Below are positions 9,697-19,206 of a DNA stretch of 64,000 bases, piece after piece. Location of the stretch: assembly GCA_028865035.1 (NCBI GenBank), contig JAGWLB010000001.1:6673-70672 (forward strand), given 5' to 3'. Each line of letters opens with the position of its first letter. The stretch's first letter is position 1. Below the pieces are notes generated by a model. The model was given only the letters and a program-made list of their open reading frames with translations. It did not search any database and was not told the origin of the DNA. Position numbers and translations under genes: made by a program. Source of the stretch: Patescibacteria group bacterium (GTDB lineage Bacteria > Patescibacteriota > Minisyncoccia > Phycocordibacterales > UBA9973).

Positions 9697-9854
9697 GATT
9701 TTGTAAAAATTACTACGTACAGTATGTATAACCAGATTGCAGCACCAAAGATAATACATACTACTCCGAATAAATGATTACTCATACTATTTAGTTTAAA
9801 AATGAAAATACTAGATTGATATATATAATATCATAAATATGTTTTGTGTAATAT

Positions 9855-9896
9855 GAAATAAAATTATCCTAATATATATTAGGATAATTTTATTTC
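9855..9896. repeat. Perfect 42-bp palindrome (21-bp arms, no spacer) covering the xth stop codon
   Basis: gaaataaaattatcctaatat / atattaggataattttatttc are exact reverse complements. Confidence 0.8.
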
Positions 9897-10652
9897 AAGA
9901 AGTATTGGACAATGATCTGAACCACTGTAATCTGAAAGTACAGTGCTTTTTTTTAAATTTTTTACAAGGCTAGGAGAAACAAAAAAGTAATCTATTCGCC
10001 AACCGACATTCCTATCTCTGGCACGCGTCTTTTGATCCCAATATGTGTAGACATCTTTTTTTGTCGGATAGAAATGACGGAAAGTATCCACATAACCGTG
10101 AGCTATGACTTCGTCTAACCACTCTCGTTCTACTGGTAAAAAACCAGTGTTTTCTGAGTTCTCTTTTGGTCTCGCTAAATCTATTTCTTCGTGAGCTGTG
10201 TTTACATCGCCACAGAAAATAATTTTATATTTATTTTTACGAAGCTTTTCAATAAATTTTAAAAAAGCATCATAGAAATCTAATTTGTATTTTAGTCTCT
10301 CTGGCCCTCCACCACCATTAGGGAAGTAACAATTTATTAATACAAAATCTTTATAGTAAGCAACAAGTGTTCGACCCTCATCATCAAATTTAGTTATTCC
10401 TAAGCCAGTGACTTTTTTTGGTTTTATTTTTGAATATATTGCAACACCACTATAACCTTTTTTATTTTTTGAATGAGAAAAATAAGAATTATATCCTTTT
10501 AGATTTCTGGTATTTTCATCAAGTTGATCTGGTTCACATTTAGTTTCTTGAAGACACACAATATCCGGATTGTTAAAAGCAAACAAAGGAATAAAATTCC
10601 CTTGTTTGACTGTTGCCCGAAGACCATTTGTATTCCAAGAAATAATTTTCAT
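9879..10652 (-). CDS. xth: Exodeoxyribonuclease III
   Basis: MKIISWNTNGLRA...DIVCLQETK...GYSGVAIYSK...GSDHCPILLE. Confidence 0.85.
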   Translation of the reverse strand: MKIISWNTNGLRATVKQGNFIPLFAFNNPDIVCLQETKCEPDQLDENTRNLKGYNSYFSHSKNKKGYSGVAIYSKIKPKKVTGLGITKFDDEGRTLVAYYKDFVLINCYFPNGGGGPERLKYKLDFYDAFLKFIEKLRKNKYKIIFCGDVNTAHEEIDLARPKENSENTGFLPVEREWLDEVIAHGYVDTFRHFYPTKKDVYTYWDQKTRARDRNVGWRIDYFFVSPSLVKNLKKSTVLSDYSGSDHCPILLEIKLS

Positions 10653-10666
10653 AAAATAATTATATA

Positions 10667-11608
10667 TTACTTTCCTTTACTGTGAAACTTTTTATGGACA
10701 TCGTGAAGTTGCTTATCAGTAACGTGAGTGTATATCTGTGTTGTTGCAATATTTGCATGTCCAAGCATCACCTGTACCGAACGTATGTCAGCTCCATTTG
10801 ATAGTAAATCAGTTGCGAATGAATGGCGAATAACGTGTGGTGTAACTTTTTTTGATATACCTGCCTTAATCGCATAATATTTTACAATTCTTTCTATTGA
10901 GCGTGGTGTTAGTCGGTTATTTTTAGAACCGTTACTAGAATATTGTATGAATAACGGTTCATCTAAATCTTTTCTTTCTTTTAAATATTTATGAATAACA
11001 TCTTTGGCTCGATCTGAAAGAAAAACTACTCTTACTTTTTCTCCTTTACCTCTTATTGAAAATTCATTTTTAGAAAGATCAATATCCCTATCTATAGAAC
11101 AAAGTTCTGACAGACGTAAACCAGTTGAGAAAAATAATTCTAATACAGCTTTATCACGTAGACCCTTCTTGGTGTTTACATCCGGTGCTTCAAGTAGTCT
11201 ATAAAGTTCTTCGGGTGATATAAGATCGATGGTACGCTCTTTGATCTTTGCGAGCTCTATACGATCTGGTGGTAAAGATTTGACTTCCCGTTTCATTAAA
11301 TATTTTAAGAATGAACGAAGAGCAATAAGATGATAATTCTGTGTATTTTTTTTAAGAGTGCCAACTTGTTGTCCGCGAATTTTTATGCCTGGTTGACGAT
11401 TTAAAAATAAACGGAATTCTCGAATTTTATCGTCTGTTATTTCTTTTGGTTCTGAAATTTTGGCAAACTCAAAAAAACGAGATAGGTAGTAATCATAGTT
11501 ACTGACTGTTTTTAAACTGTTGCCTTTTTCAATCTCAACATGTTCAAGAAATTCTCTTTTTAATTGATCAAGTTTAGTGGTCATAATGTCGTACAATAAT
11601 TGTATCAT
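10667..11608 (-). CDS. xerC: Tyrosine site-specific recombinase, XerC/XerD family
   Basis: C-terminal HVIRHSFATDLLSNGADIRSVQVMLGHANIATTQIYTHV catalytic region with R..HxxR..Y; true start may be at MTTKLDQL (11584). Confidence 0.8.
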   Translation of the reverse strand: MIQLLYDIMTTKLDQLKREFLEHVEIEKGNSLKTVSNYDYYLSRFFEFAKISEPKEITDDKIREFRLFLNRQPGIKIRGQQVGTLKKNTQNYHLIALRSFLKYLMKREVKSLPPDRIELAKIKERTIDLISPEELYRLLEAPDVNTKKGLRDKAVLELFFSTGLRLSELCSIDRDIDLSKNEFSIRGKGEKVRVVFLSDRAKDVIHKYLKERKDLDEPLFIQYSSNGSKNNRLTPRSIERIVKYYAIKAGISKKVTPHVIRHSFATDLLSNGADIRSVQVMLGHANIATTQIYTHVTDKQLHDVHKKFHSKGK

Positions 11609-11644
11609 ACAAATACAGTCTTTAATTCGAGCTAGGTGTTATAC

Positions 11645-11673
11645 TTGCATTTTTTTACAATATGTGCTAGTAT
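11645..11673 (+). promoter_or_regulatory. Candidate promoter for rpsO (TTGCAT-17-TAGTAT)
   Basis: Hexamers read directly, 10 nt upstream of the rpsO ATG. Confidence 0.3.
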
Positions 11674-11682
11674 ACATAAGCA

Positions 11683-11946
11683 ATGTTAACAACGAAAAAA
11701 AAGCAAAATATTATAAAGAAAAACCAGCTTCACGATAAAGACACTGGTAGTCCTGAAGTTCAGATTGCAATCTTAAGTAAAAGAATTGATGAACTCGCGA
11801 GTCACTTAAAAGAACACAAAAAAGATAATCACTCTCGTAGAGGACTTATCAAAATGGTGGCAGATCGAAGAAGTCACTTAAAACACCTTGAGAAGACAGA
11901 TAAAGAAAGGTTCATGACTCAAACAAAAATACTAAAAGAAGCATAG
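11683..11946 (+). CDS. rpsO: 30S ribosomal protein S15
   Basis: 87 aa; [15 protein letters not shown]...[19 protein letters not shown]. Confidence 0.85.
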   Translation: MLTTKKKQNIIKKNQLHDKDTGSPEVQIAILSKRIDELASHLKEHKKDNHSRRGLIKMVADRRSHLKHLEKTDKERFMTQTKILKEA

Positions 11947-11947
11947 T

Positions 11948-11978
11948 AAAATGTCCCGATATATATCGGGACATTTTA
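11948..11978 (+). terminator. Rho-independent terminator after rpsO
   Basis: aatgtcccgatatatatcgggacatttt, an 11-bp perfect stem plus T-run. Confidence 0.65.
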
Positions 11979-12025
11979 CTTCAGTAGTCAAAAATTATAA
12001 AAGTAGTACTATATAAAGATAGAGT

Positions 12026-12529
12026 ATGATAATAAAACACAAAGAACAAAGAGTTGGAGTATTTATAGATACTTCAAATTTATACCACAGCGCTAAAAAT
12101 TTATATAAACGAAAAGTTAATTTTGGTGCTGTATTAAAGGATGCTGTTGCAGGAAGAAAACTTGTAAGAGCTATAGCATATGTTATCACCAGTGAAGGAG
12201 GTGAAGAGAAAAACTTTTTTGATGCATTAACCAAACTTGGAATTGAAACCAAGACAAAAGAATTACAAATTTTCTCTGGTGGTTCAAAGAAAGGCGATTG
12301 GGATGTTGGTATAGCAGTCGATGCTATGAAGATGGCTCCGAAACTAGATGCAATAGTTTTAGTTGCAGGTGATGGAGATTTTGTACCACTTGTAGAATAT
12401 TTGCAAAGTACTTCTGGTATACAAGTTGAAGTTGTATCATTTGGTAAATCGTCTTCGATTAAACTTAAAGAAGCTGCCGATGATTTCCTTGATCTATCAG
12501 AAAATCCCAGAAAATATCTAATCTACTAA
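12026..12529 (+). CDS. NYN-domain (LabA-like) predicted RNA nuclease
   Basis: VGVFIDTSNLY...AIVLVAGDGDFVPLV pattern of NYN/LabA PIN-like proteins. Confidence 0.65.
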   Translation: MIIKHKEQRVGVFIDTSNLYHSAKNLYKRKVNFGAVLKDAVAGRKLVRAIAYVITSEGGEEKNFFDALTKLGIETKTKELQIFSGGSKKGDWDVGIAVDAMKMAPKLDAIVLVAGDGDFVPLVEYLQSTSGIQVEVVSFGKSSSIKLKEAADDFLDLSENPRKYLIY

Positions 12530-12553
12530 ATAGCAAATTTAAATAAATTAAAC

Positions 12554-12585
12554 AAAAATATCTATTTGTCAAAATAGATATTTTT
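12554..12585 (+). terminator. 14-bp perfect hairpin with T-run between the NYN gene and pnp (terminator or processing site)
   Basis: aaaaatatctattt-gtca-aaatagatattttt. Confidence 0.45.
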
Positions 12586-12687
12586 GTTATAGTTATATTA
12601 TTAATAGATAACAATCAGTTATTCTCCAGACAGTTAGAATTGAAACAGCGTTTCAAGCCTAGAGTCTGTAGAATAGCTCATATATAT

Positions 12688-14823
12688 ATGCATAGTAAAA
12701 AATACGAAGTTGAAATTGGTGGTAAAAAAATTACCGCTATTTTCAGTGATTTAGCTGATCAAGCGAACGGCTCAGTTATTCTCGAATGCGATGGTACTGT
12801 TATAATGGCTACCGCCGTTATATCAAAAGATGGTGATAAAAATCCTGGATTTTTTAATTTAACAGTTGAATATTTAGAGAAATTTTACGCCGCTGGAAAA
12901 ATTCTTGGTAGCCAATTCTCACACAGAGAAGGGAGGCCATCTGATCAAGCAATACTTGCTGCACGTATGACAGATCGGACTATTCGTCCACTTTTCGATC
13001 ATCATATTAAAAATGCAGTTCAGGTTATTGTGACAGTTATTGCGATAGGTAAGGCTGACCCTAAAACTCTTGCCGTAAACGCAGCTTCAATAGCACTTCA
13101 TATATCAGATATACCATGGAAAGGACCAGTCGGAGCTGTTCATATAAGTAAAGAGAAGGATTCTGAAAATGAAAAAAATGATATTAAAATAAATAATTAT
13201 ATTCCAAACGCCGATGAACCTGTCTACTCTCTTGATCTACTCGTGTGTGGTAAAGATCAAACGATAAATATGATTGAAGCAATGGCTTTCGAAGAAGAAG
13301 AATCTGAGATGGGTAAATGTTTTGATCTAGCCATTGTTGAGATTACCAAATGGGAAGATTTTCAAAACAAACTACGAAGTGAACTTGGTAAAGAAAAACT
13401 TTCATTCCCCAAGATTGAAACACCTGCTGATGTCATAGAATTATTTAACGAAAGAGTTAAGCCTATGCTAGAAGAAGGATTATTCAGTAAAGATAGCAAG
13501 AAGATAATAAATGAATCTGAAACTATTTGGAAAAGTATCATAGATGAGAAATATCCTACTTATGATGATAAAGATAAGTATGTAGCACACGATTATATGC
13601 ATCATTACTTAGATCATGCTTTTCATAACGCTGCTTTAACAAAAAATATGAGAGCGGATGGACGAGCCTTGGATGAAATACGTTCATTATACGCTCAAGC
13701 TGGTGGATTATCTTCAACCCTACACGGTTCTGGTATATTTTACAGAGGAGAGACTCACGTATTATCAGTGTTAACCTTAGCTGGACCTGAAAGTATGCAT
13801 ACAATTGACGGCATAGAATTCTCAGCAAAAAAAAGGTTTATGCACCATTATAATTTTCCTCCATATTCAAGTGGCGAAACTGGTCGCGTCGGTGGTCTTA
13901 ACAGGAGAGAAATGGGTCATGGATTTTTGGCCGAAAAAGCACTTACTCCAGTTATTCCAGATAAGATAGATTTTCCATATACAATAAGAGTTGTCTCAGA
14001 ATCAGTGGCATCGAACGGCTCAACCTCGCAAGCTTCGATATGTGCCTCAACAATAGCATTAATGGATGGAGGTGTACCTATAAAAACTCCTGTAGCTGGT
14101 ATATCTATTGGAGCTATGATTGACTTAGAAGATAAAAGTAAGTACGTCCTCCTATCTGATATTCAAGGCCCAGAAGATCACTATGGTGATATGGATTTTA
14201 AAGTTGCTGGTACGAAAGATGGTATTACTGCAATACAACTTGATGTAAAAGTTGATGGTATAAAGGCAGATATTTTAAAAGAAGGGCTAATTCGTGCAAA
14301 AACTGCACGTTTAAAAATCATAGAAACAATTGAGAGCCAGATTGCTTCTCCTCGTAAAGAGATATCTGAAAATGCGCCCAAAATACTAGTAACTAAAATA
14401 AAAAAAGATCAGATAGGTATGGTTATCGGCCCTGGGGGGAAGAATATAAATGCAATTCGTGAAGAAACAGGAGCAGAGATAACAATAGAAGAAGATGGAA
14501 CTGTGTTTGTAACAGGTAGGAATGGTGGAGCAGAAAAGGCAAAAAAGATTATTGAGGAAATGACGCACGAATATGCAATAGGAGATATAGCAGAAGGTGA
14601 AGTTGTAAAACTTATGGATTTCGGAGCCTTTGTTAGAATTTCCAGTGGTACAGAAGGGCTTGTTCATATTTCTGAAATAGCACCATTCCGTGTAGAGAAA
14701 GTTTCTGATATCCTTAAAGAAGGAGATGAGGTTCCAGTAAAAATAATTAAGATAGATGAAAGAGGACGCCTAAATTTATCTATAAAAGATGCTAATAGTG
14801 AATTCTTCCAACCAAAGAAATAA
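12688..14823 (+). CDS. pnp: Polynucleotide phosphorylase
   Basis: Two RNase PH domains, a KH domain (IGMVIGPGGKNINAIREETG) and a C-terminal S1 domain. Start placed at the ATG (MHSKKYEVEIGG) rather than the upstream TTG. Confidence 0.9.
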   Translation: MHSKKYEVEIGGKKITAIFSDLADQANGSVILECDGTVIMATAVISKDGDKNPGFFNLTVEYLEKFYAAGKILGSQFSHREGRPSDQAILAARMTDRTIRPLFDHHIKNAVQVIVTVIAIGKADPKTLAVNAASIALHISDIPWKGPVGAVHISKEKDSENEKNDIKINNYIPNADEPVYSLDLLVCGKDQTINMIEAMAFEEEESEMGKCFDLAIVEITKWEDFQNKLRSELGKEKLSFPKIETPADVIELFNERVKPMLEEGLFSKDSKKIINESETIWKSIIDEKYPTYDDKDKYVAHDYMHHYLDHAFHNAALTKNMRADGRALDEIRSLYAQAGGLSSTLHGSGIFYRGETHVLSVLTLAGPESMHTIDGIEFSAKKRFMHHYNFPPYSSGETGRVGGLNRREMGHGFLAEKALTPVIPDKIDFPYTIRVVSESVASNGSTSQASICASTIALMDGGVPIKTPVAGISIGAMIDLEDKSKYVLLSDIQGPEDHYGDMDFKVAGTKDGITAIQLDVKVDGIKADILKEGLIRAKTARLKIIETIESQIASPRKEISENAPKILVTKIKKDQIGMVIGPGGKNINAIREETGAEITIEEDGTVFVTGRNGGAEKAKKIIEEMTHEYAIGDIAEGEVVKLMDFGAFVRISSGTEGLVHISEIAPFRVEKVSDILKEGDEVPVKIIKIDERGRLNLSIKDANSEFFQPKK

Positions 14824-14840
14824 AAGTTTCTAGTAACAAA

Positions 14841-15764
14841 ATGGATGAAAATAAAAAACAATTTAATATTGATCGAGATAGCGATATAAAAAACATCCGC
14901 ACGTATACATCAGATATGGCTGAAGCTATTCGTGAAAACGAAACATCTGTAATTAAAATAGCTTTAGCTGAAAAAGACAGAAGAGAGAGGGAAGAAATGT
15001 ATAAAAAGGCGAGTGGTACAAAAGCTTCAAAGATATTATTATTGTTGGGAGGTATAGTGCTTATTATTGGAGCTATTGTAGGATCATATTTGTTGTATAA
15101 AAAGAACAAAGTAATTAACGCGCCACAAGTTATAAAAGTAGAGAATAAAGATATTATTTCTTATGATGATAAAGTTTTTGTGGATGTGATGGGTGATACT
15201 AATCAAAGTGATCTTTTCAGTTCAATAAAGAATGACATTGTCACACCTGGAAAACCAGGGTCTATTAAAGCTATATTCTTAACTCAAAAAGTTGGAGGTA
15301 TAGATCAAACGCTTTCAATTGATAACTTTATGTCACTAATGAATACCGAAGCTCCTGCACCACTTTTAAGAACATTAGATAAATCATATATGATTGGAAC
15401 TTATACTGATACAGACCAGTCGACATATAACACACCACTTAAAACTCATCTATTCCTAATATTGACGATTAAAGATTATAACCAAGCCTATGCTTCAATG
15501 CTAGAATGGGAAAAGACAATGCTAAATGATCTATTTATATTATTTAATATAGACATAAGTGGTAATCGTAGTAATCTTTTAGATAAGCAATGGAAAGATA
15601 TTATTGTAAATAATAAAAACGCTCGCATATTATATGACACATATGGTAACGATGTACTATATTATATGTTTACCAACACAAACAATATTATTATTACAGA
15701 TAGCCAAAGCACAATTAATGAGATAAATTCTAGGTTATTAAATAATAATACTAAGCCACTGTAA
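14841..15764 (+). CDS. Hypothetical bitopic membrane protein
   Basis: Long ORF; single TM helix ILLLLGGIVLIIGAIVGSYLL; no recognised domain. Confidence 0.5.
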   Translation: MDENKKQFNIDRDSDIKNIRTYTSDMAEAIRENETSVIKIALAEKDRREREEMYKKASGTKASKILLLLGGIVLIIGAIVGSYLLYKKNKVINAPQVIKVENKDIISYDDKVFVDVMGDTNQSDLFSSIKNDIVTPGKPGSIKAIFLTQKVGGIDQTLSIDNFMSLMNTEAPAPLLRTLDKSYMIGTYTDTDQSTYNTPLKTHLFLILTIKDYNQAYASMLEWEKTMLNDLFILFNIDISGNRSNLLDKQWKDIIVNNKNARILYDTYGNDVLYYMFTNTNNIIITDSQSTINEINSRLLNNNTKPL

Positions 15765-15801
15765 TATTGCCATTTATTGCAATAATGCTAATATTGGAAG
15801 T

Positions 15802-16155
15802 ATGAATACAGAAATTTTTAAAACGAAATTAGAAGAAGAAAAAAAGCTTATTGAAGAAGAGCTTGGCGATATCGGGCGTATTGATACATCAACAGGTGAG
15901 TGGGAAGCAACTCCAGAATCACAATCTAGCCCAGAAGCTGATACAAACGATCTTTCTGATCGTACTGAAGATTATGAAGAGCGTTCAGCAACTATGTCCA
16001 CACTAAATAGTCGCCTTGAAGACGTTGACTTGGCTTTAGATAAAATTAAAAATGGTAATTATGGTATCTGTGAATCTTGCGGTAAAGAGATTGAAGAAGA
16101 ACGCCTTAAAGCAAACGCAAGTGCTAGAACATGCACTGAGTGTATGAATAAATAA
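15802..16155 (+). CDS. DksA/TraR family C4-type zinc-finger protein
   Basis: CESCGKEIEEERLKANASARTCTECMN (CxxC-17-CxxC) at the C-terminus. Confidence 0.65.
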   Translation: MNTEIFKTKLEEEKKLIEEELGDIGRIDTSTGEWEATPESQSSPEADTNDLSDRTEDYEERSATMSTLNSRLEDVDLALDKIKNGNYGICESCGKEIEEERLKANASARTCTECMNK

Positions 16156-16180
16156 AAATGTACAAATATAATTAAAATTT

Positions 16181-17761
16181 ATGTCATTTGCAAGAGTATA
16201 TTCTGCGCAAACACATTTACTAAAAGGTAAAATTGTAACTGTCGAAGTAGATATTACAAAAAACACCTTGCATGCATTTACCCTAGTTGGGCTACCAGAT
16301 AAAGCTGTCGATGAATCAAAAGATAGAATGAGCTCGGCGTTAAAAAATTCTGGATTTGCTTCTCCTAAAAACCAAAATCAAAAAATAGTTATTTCTTTAT
16401 CTCCAGCCGATTTAAAAAAGGAAGGTCCATATTTCGACTTGGCTATTGCCCTTGCTTATTTACTTTCAGCAGAAGAAATAGATTTTGATACAGAAGAAAG
16501 AATATTCCTTGGAGAATTATCTCTTAACGGCGACCTACAACCAATCAAAGGAGCTTTACCCCTTGCAGAAATTGCTAAACTCTCAGGTTATAAAGAAATA
16601 TTTTTGCCTGAACAAAATGCAAAAGAAGCAGCTTTAGTAGATGGTATTACTGTTTACGGAGCGCGTACACTAAAAGAAGTTATTGATCATATAAGAAAAA
16701 TAAAGAAAGATAAAAACGGTAAATCTCTTGAAGAAGAGAAGCCAAAAATTAAAGCAACTCCGAAAACTATAATTATTAATAGTGTTAAAGAACATCTAAC
16801 AGATTTCTCGGATATTCGTGGCCAAGAAGGAGCAAAAAGAGGAATAGAAATAGCTGCCGCTGGTGGGCACAATATTGCAATGTCTGGACCACCTGGCACT
16901 GGTAAAACAATGCTCGCACGTGTTTTCTCTCATATACTCCCAGATTTAAAAACAGAAGAAGTTTTAGAAATTACAGGCATACATTCTGTCGTCGGATTGC
17001 TAGAAAATGAATTAGTTACGCTGCCACCATTCCGTGCACCACACCATACAGCCAGTTATGTTTCGATGATTGGTGGTGGAGCAAATCCGAAACCTGGTGA
17101 AGTTACTCTTGCACATAGAGGAGTATTATTCTTGGACGAATTTCCAGAATTTGAAAAAAGGGTACTCGAATCACTCCGTCAACCACTTGAGGATAATGTT
17201 GTTTCCATTTCACGAGCTCGTGGTTCAGCTATATTCCCATCAAACTTTATCCTTGTGGCAGCAATGAATCCTTGCCCTTGTGGCAACAAGGGGAGCAAGC
17301 AAAAACAATGTATCTGTAAGCCTAGCGATCTTGATAGGTACGCTAGGAAATTATCTGGTCCAATTATGGATCGTATAGACATCTGGGTAACCGTTGGAGC
17401 AGTTGATTATGATAAACTTTCAAGCAATAACCAAAGTGGAGATAAAACAATCACCATAAAAGAACGAGTGGAAAGAGCTCGTAATATTCAAACAAAAAGA
17501 TTTGGATCAGCAAATACAAATAGATTGGCTAGAAAAATAAATACTAATAGCGAAATGAATGTGAAAGATTTAGCTATTTACGCTCCTCTAACAACAGAAA
17601 TAAAAGATTTATTAAACAAAAGCGCTGAAAGATTACAGCTTTCAGCACGTGCATATCATCGTATTATTAAACTAGCTCGTACTATAGCTGACTTGGAAGG
17701 AAGTGAATCTATATTATCTGCGCATATTCTTGAAGCACTTCAGTATAGACCTAGGAATTAA
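16181..17761 (+). CDS. comM: YifB/ComM family Mg-chelatase-like AAA+ ATPase
   Basis: Lon-protease-like N-terminal domain; GPPGTGKTMLARV Walker A; VLFLDEFPEF Walker B. Confidence 0.85.
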   Translation: MSFARVYSAQTHLLKGKIVTVEVDITKNTLHAFTLVGLPDKAVDESKDRMSSALKNSGFASPKNQNQKIVISLSPADLKKEGPYFDLAIALAYLLSAEEIDFDTEERIFLGELSLNGDLQPIKGALPLAEIAKLSGYKEIFLPEQNAKEAALVDGITVYGARTLKEVIDHIRKIKKDKNGKSLEEEKPKIKATPKTIIINSVKEHLTDFSDIRGQEGAKRGIEIAAAGGHNIAMSGPPGTGKTMLARVFSHILPDLKTEEVLEITGIHSVVGLLENELVTLPPFRAPHHTASYVSMIGGGANPKPGEVTLAHRGVLFLDEFPEFEKRVLESLRQPLEDNVVSISRARGSAIFPSNFILVAAMNPCPCGNKGSKQKQCICKPSDLDRYARKLSGPIMDRIDIWVTVGAVDYDKLSSNNQSGDKTITIKERVERARNIQTKRFGSANTNRLARKINTNSEMNVKDLAIYAPLTTEIKDLLNKSAERLQLSARAYHRIIKLARTIADLEGSESILSAHILEALQYRPRN

Positions 17762-17764
17762 TTA

Positions 17765-18832
17765 TTACATTCCAGTGCTATTAACTCTCAATTTAGTGTA
17801 AGGATTACCGAGATCTCCGTGGAATCCTATGTGAACGTGTGGTCCGGTTGATAAACCAGTCGAACCGACGTATCCTATAATATCACCTTGCTTCACAACT
17901 TCTCCTACTCTAGCAGCGACTTTATTCATATGACCAAAGATTGCTTGACGTCCGTCAGTGAAATCTACAACAACGTACCTTCCATAGCCACCATTATAAC
18001 CAGTTGGGTGAACGATAAGAACAGTCCCATCGTGTACCGCAAATATTGGAGTATTCTTTGGGGCAGCAAAATCATAAGCATCATCAGCGTGTAAACCTTG
18101 AGATACACGTCCAATACCTGCTGGGAACGGCCATATGTAACCTTCACTTTCTTTTGGACTTGTTGTTTGACTTGATTGTGTATTATCTTGTGTTTGTTGA
18201 TCATTAGTATTATCTGCAACCTGTTCATTGCCCACAAATTTATTTGGCGTTGGGATTATTATCTCTGCTTTTTTCTTAACAATAGTTTTTTGTTTTGGCT
18301 TACTAGGAGTACTAGTTTCACTATTTTTTGATTCTATAGAAAGGATCGTTAGAGTTTGTCCTATTTGAAGCAAATCATTTTTGCTTAAATCTGCATTTGA
18401 AAGCAAAATAGTACTGACGGGGACATTTAACTTATTACTAATACCACTTAGAGTATCTCCCTTTTGAACAGTATAAGTGAAAATTTTACTAGTGGAAACA
18501 TATTTCTCTAAATCTGAATCGACACCCAGGGCTCCATCATTAGACAGAAAGGTTATATCATTCTTAGAAGAGGGTGAAGTGTCGTCTTTAATATCTTTAA
18601 AATCTGGATTAACAGAAGATTCTAGTAATGGCACATTTTGAGAATTATAAGTAATACCTTGATTTGGGACAGTTATTTCTGCGGCTTGAGTTTGTTTACC
18701 TAGAACTTTTGTTATTAAATCAGTAAAAAATCCAGCATTTGCATGGTTTGGTTGGTTTAATATATATATAAATATAAACATCAATAAACCCACCTTTACG
18801 ATAAAAGGTTTGATAAATAAGGGTATTTTCAT
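17765..18832 (-). CDS. LysM-domain M23 family peptidoglycan endopeptidase
   Basis: Signal/TM N-terminus; LysM (YTVQKGDTLSGISNKLNV); M23 motifs HADDAYDF ... GSTGLSTGPHVH. Confidence 0.8.
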   Translation of the reverse strand: MKIPLFIKPFIVKVGLLMFIFIYILNQPNHANAGFFTDLITKVLGKQTQAAEITVPNQGITYNSQNVPLLESSVNPDFKDIKDDTSPSSKNDITFLSNDGALGVDSDLEKYVSTSKIFTYTVQKGDTLSGISNKLNVPVSTILLSNADLSKNDLLQIGQTLTILSIESKNSETSTPSKPKQKTIVKKKAEIIIPTPNKFVGNEQVADNTNDQQTQDNTQSSQTTSPKESEGYIWPFPAGIGRVSQGLHADDAYDFAAPKNTPIFAVHDGTVLIVHPTGYNGGYGRYVVVDFTDGRQAIFGHMNKVAARVGEVVKQGDIIGYVGSTGLSTGPHVHIGFHGDLGNPYTKLRVNSTGM

Positions 18833-19170
18833 CGAACGGTCTCTTTTGCTTGGAGGTTGACCGTCGGAATCTTTTTTTATGGGTTTAATAAGCCTAATTT
18901 ATTAATTACACTCTGATTACCCCATTCTGGGAATTACAGTACGACCGCAAAAGCGAAAGCTGTAATTATATATATAATACAAAGGTAATTGTTACAATCG
19001 TCCAGAAATGCTTGCAAAATAAAGCTTTATTTCTATTCAGTATCTAGAGACTCCATATATTTGTCTCTGTATATAAGCCTATCCCATATAATAGACATAG
19101 TCAACGAAGTAATGCACAGGTGCATTTTGTTCCCAATTTTGAGTATATTTAACAAGTATATCTAGTGTTT

Positions 19171-19200
19171 TTGACGTATTTAACGAATATGTTGTATAAT
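19171..19200 (+). promoter_or_regulatory. Candidate promoter TTGACG-18-TATAAT, placing the transcript start at or next to the ATG (leaderless)
   Basis: -10 hexamer ends 7 nt before the ATG at 19207. Confidence 0.35.
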
Positions 19201-19206
19201 TTAACT

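Noticed and set aside
9855-9896. Palindrome as the chromosomal dif site
   Set aside because: It is only ~35 kb from the predicted oriC, whereas dif should lie near the terminus. It is kept as a finding but not called dif.
10667-11608. xerC next to tRNA genes as the integrase of an integrated mobile element
   Set aside because: Neighbouring genes (xth, cca, rpsO, pnp) are housekeeping; no direct repeats of a tRNA 3' end or phage genes were seen.
12640-12687. TTG-initiated N-terminal extension of pnp
   Set aside because: The ATG at 12688 gives the conserved PNPase N-terminus; the extension overlaps the upstream hairpin region.
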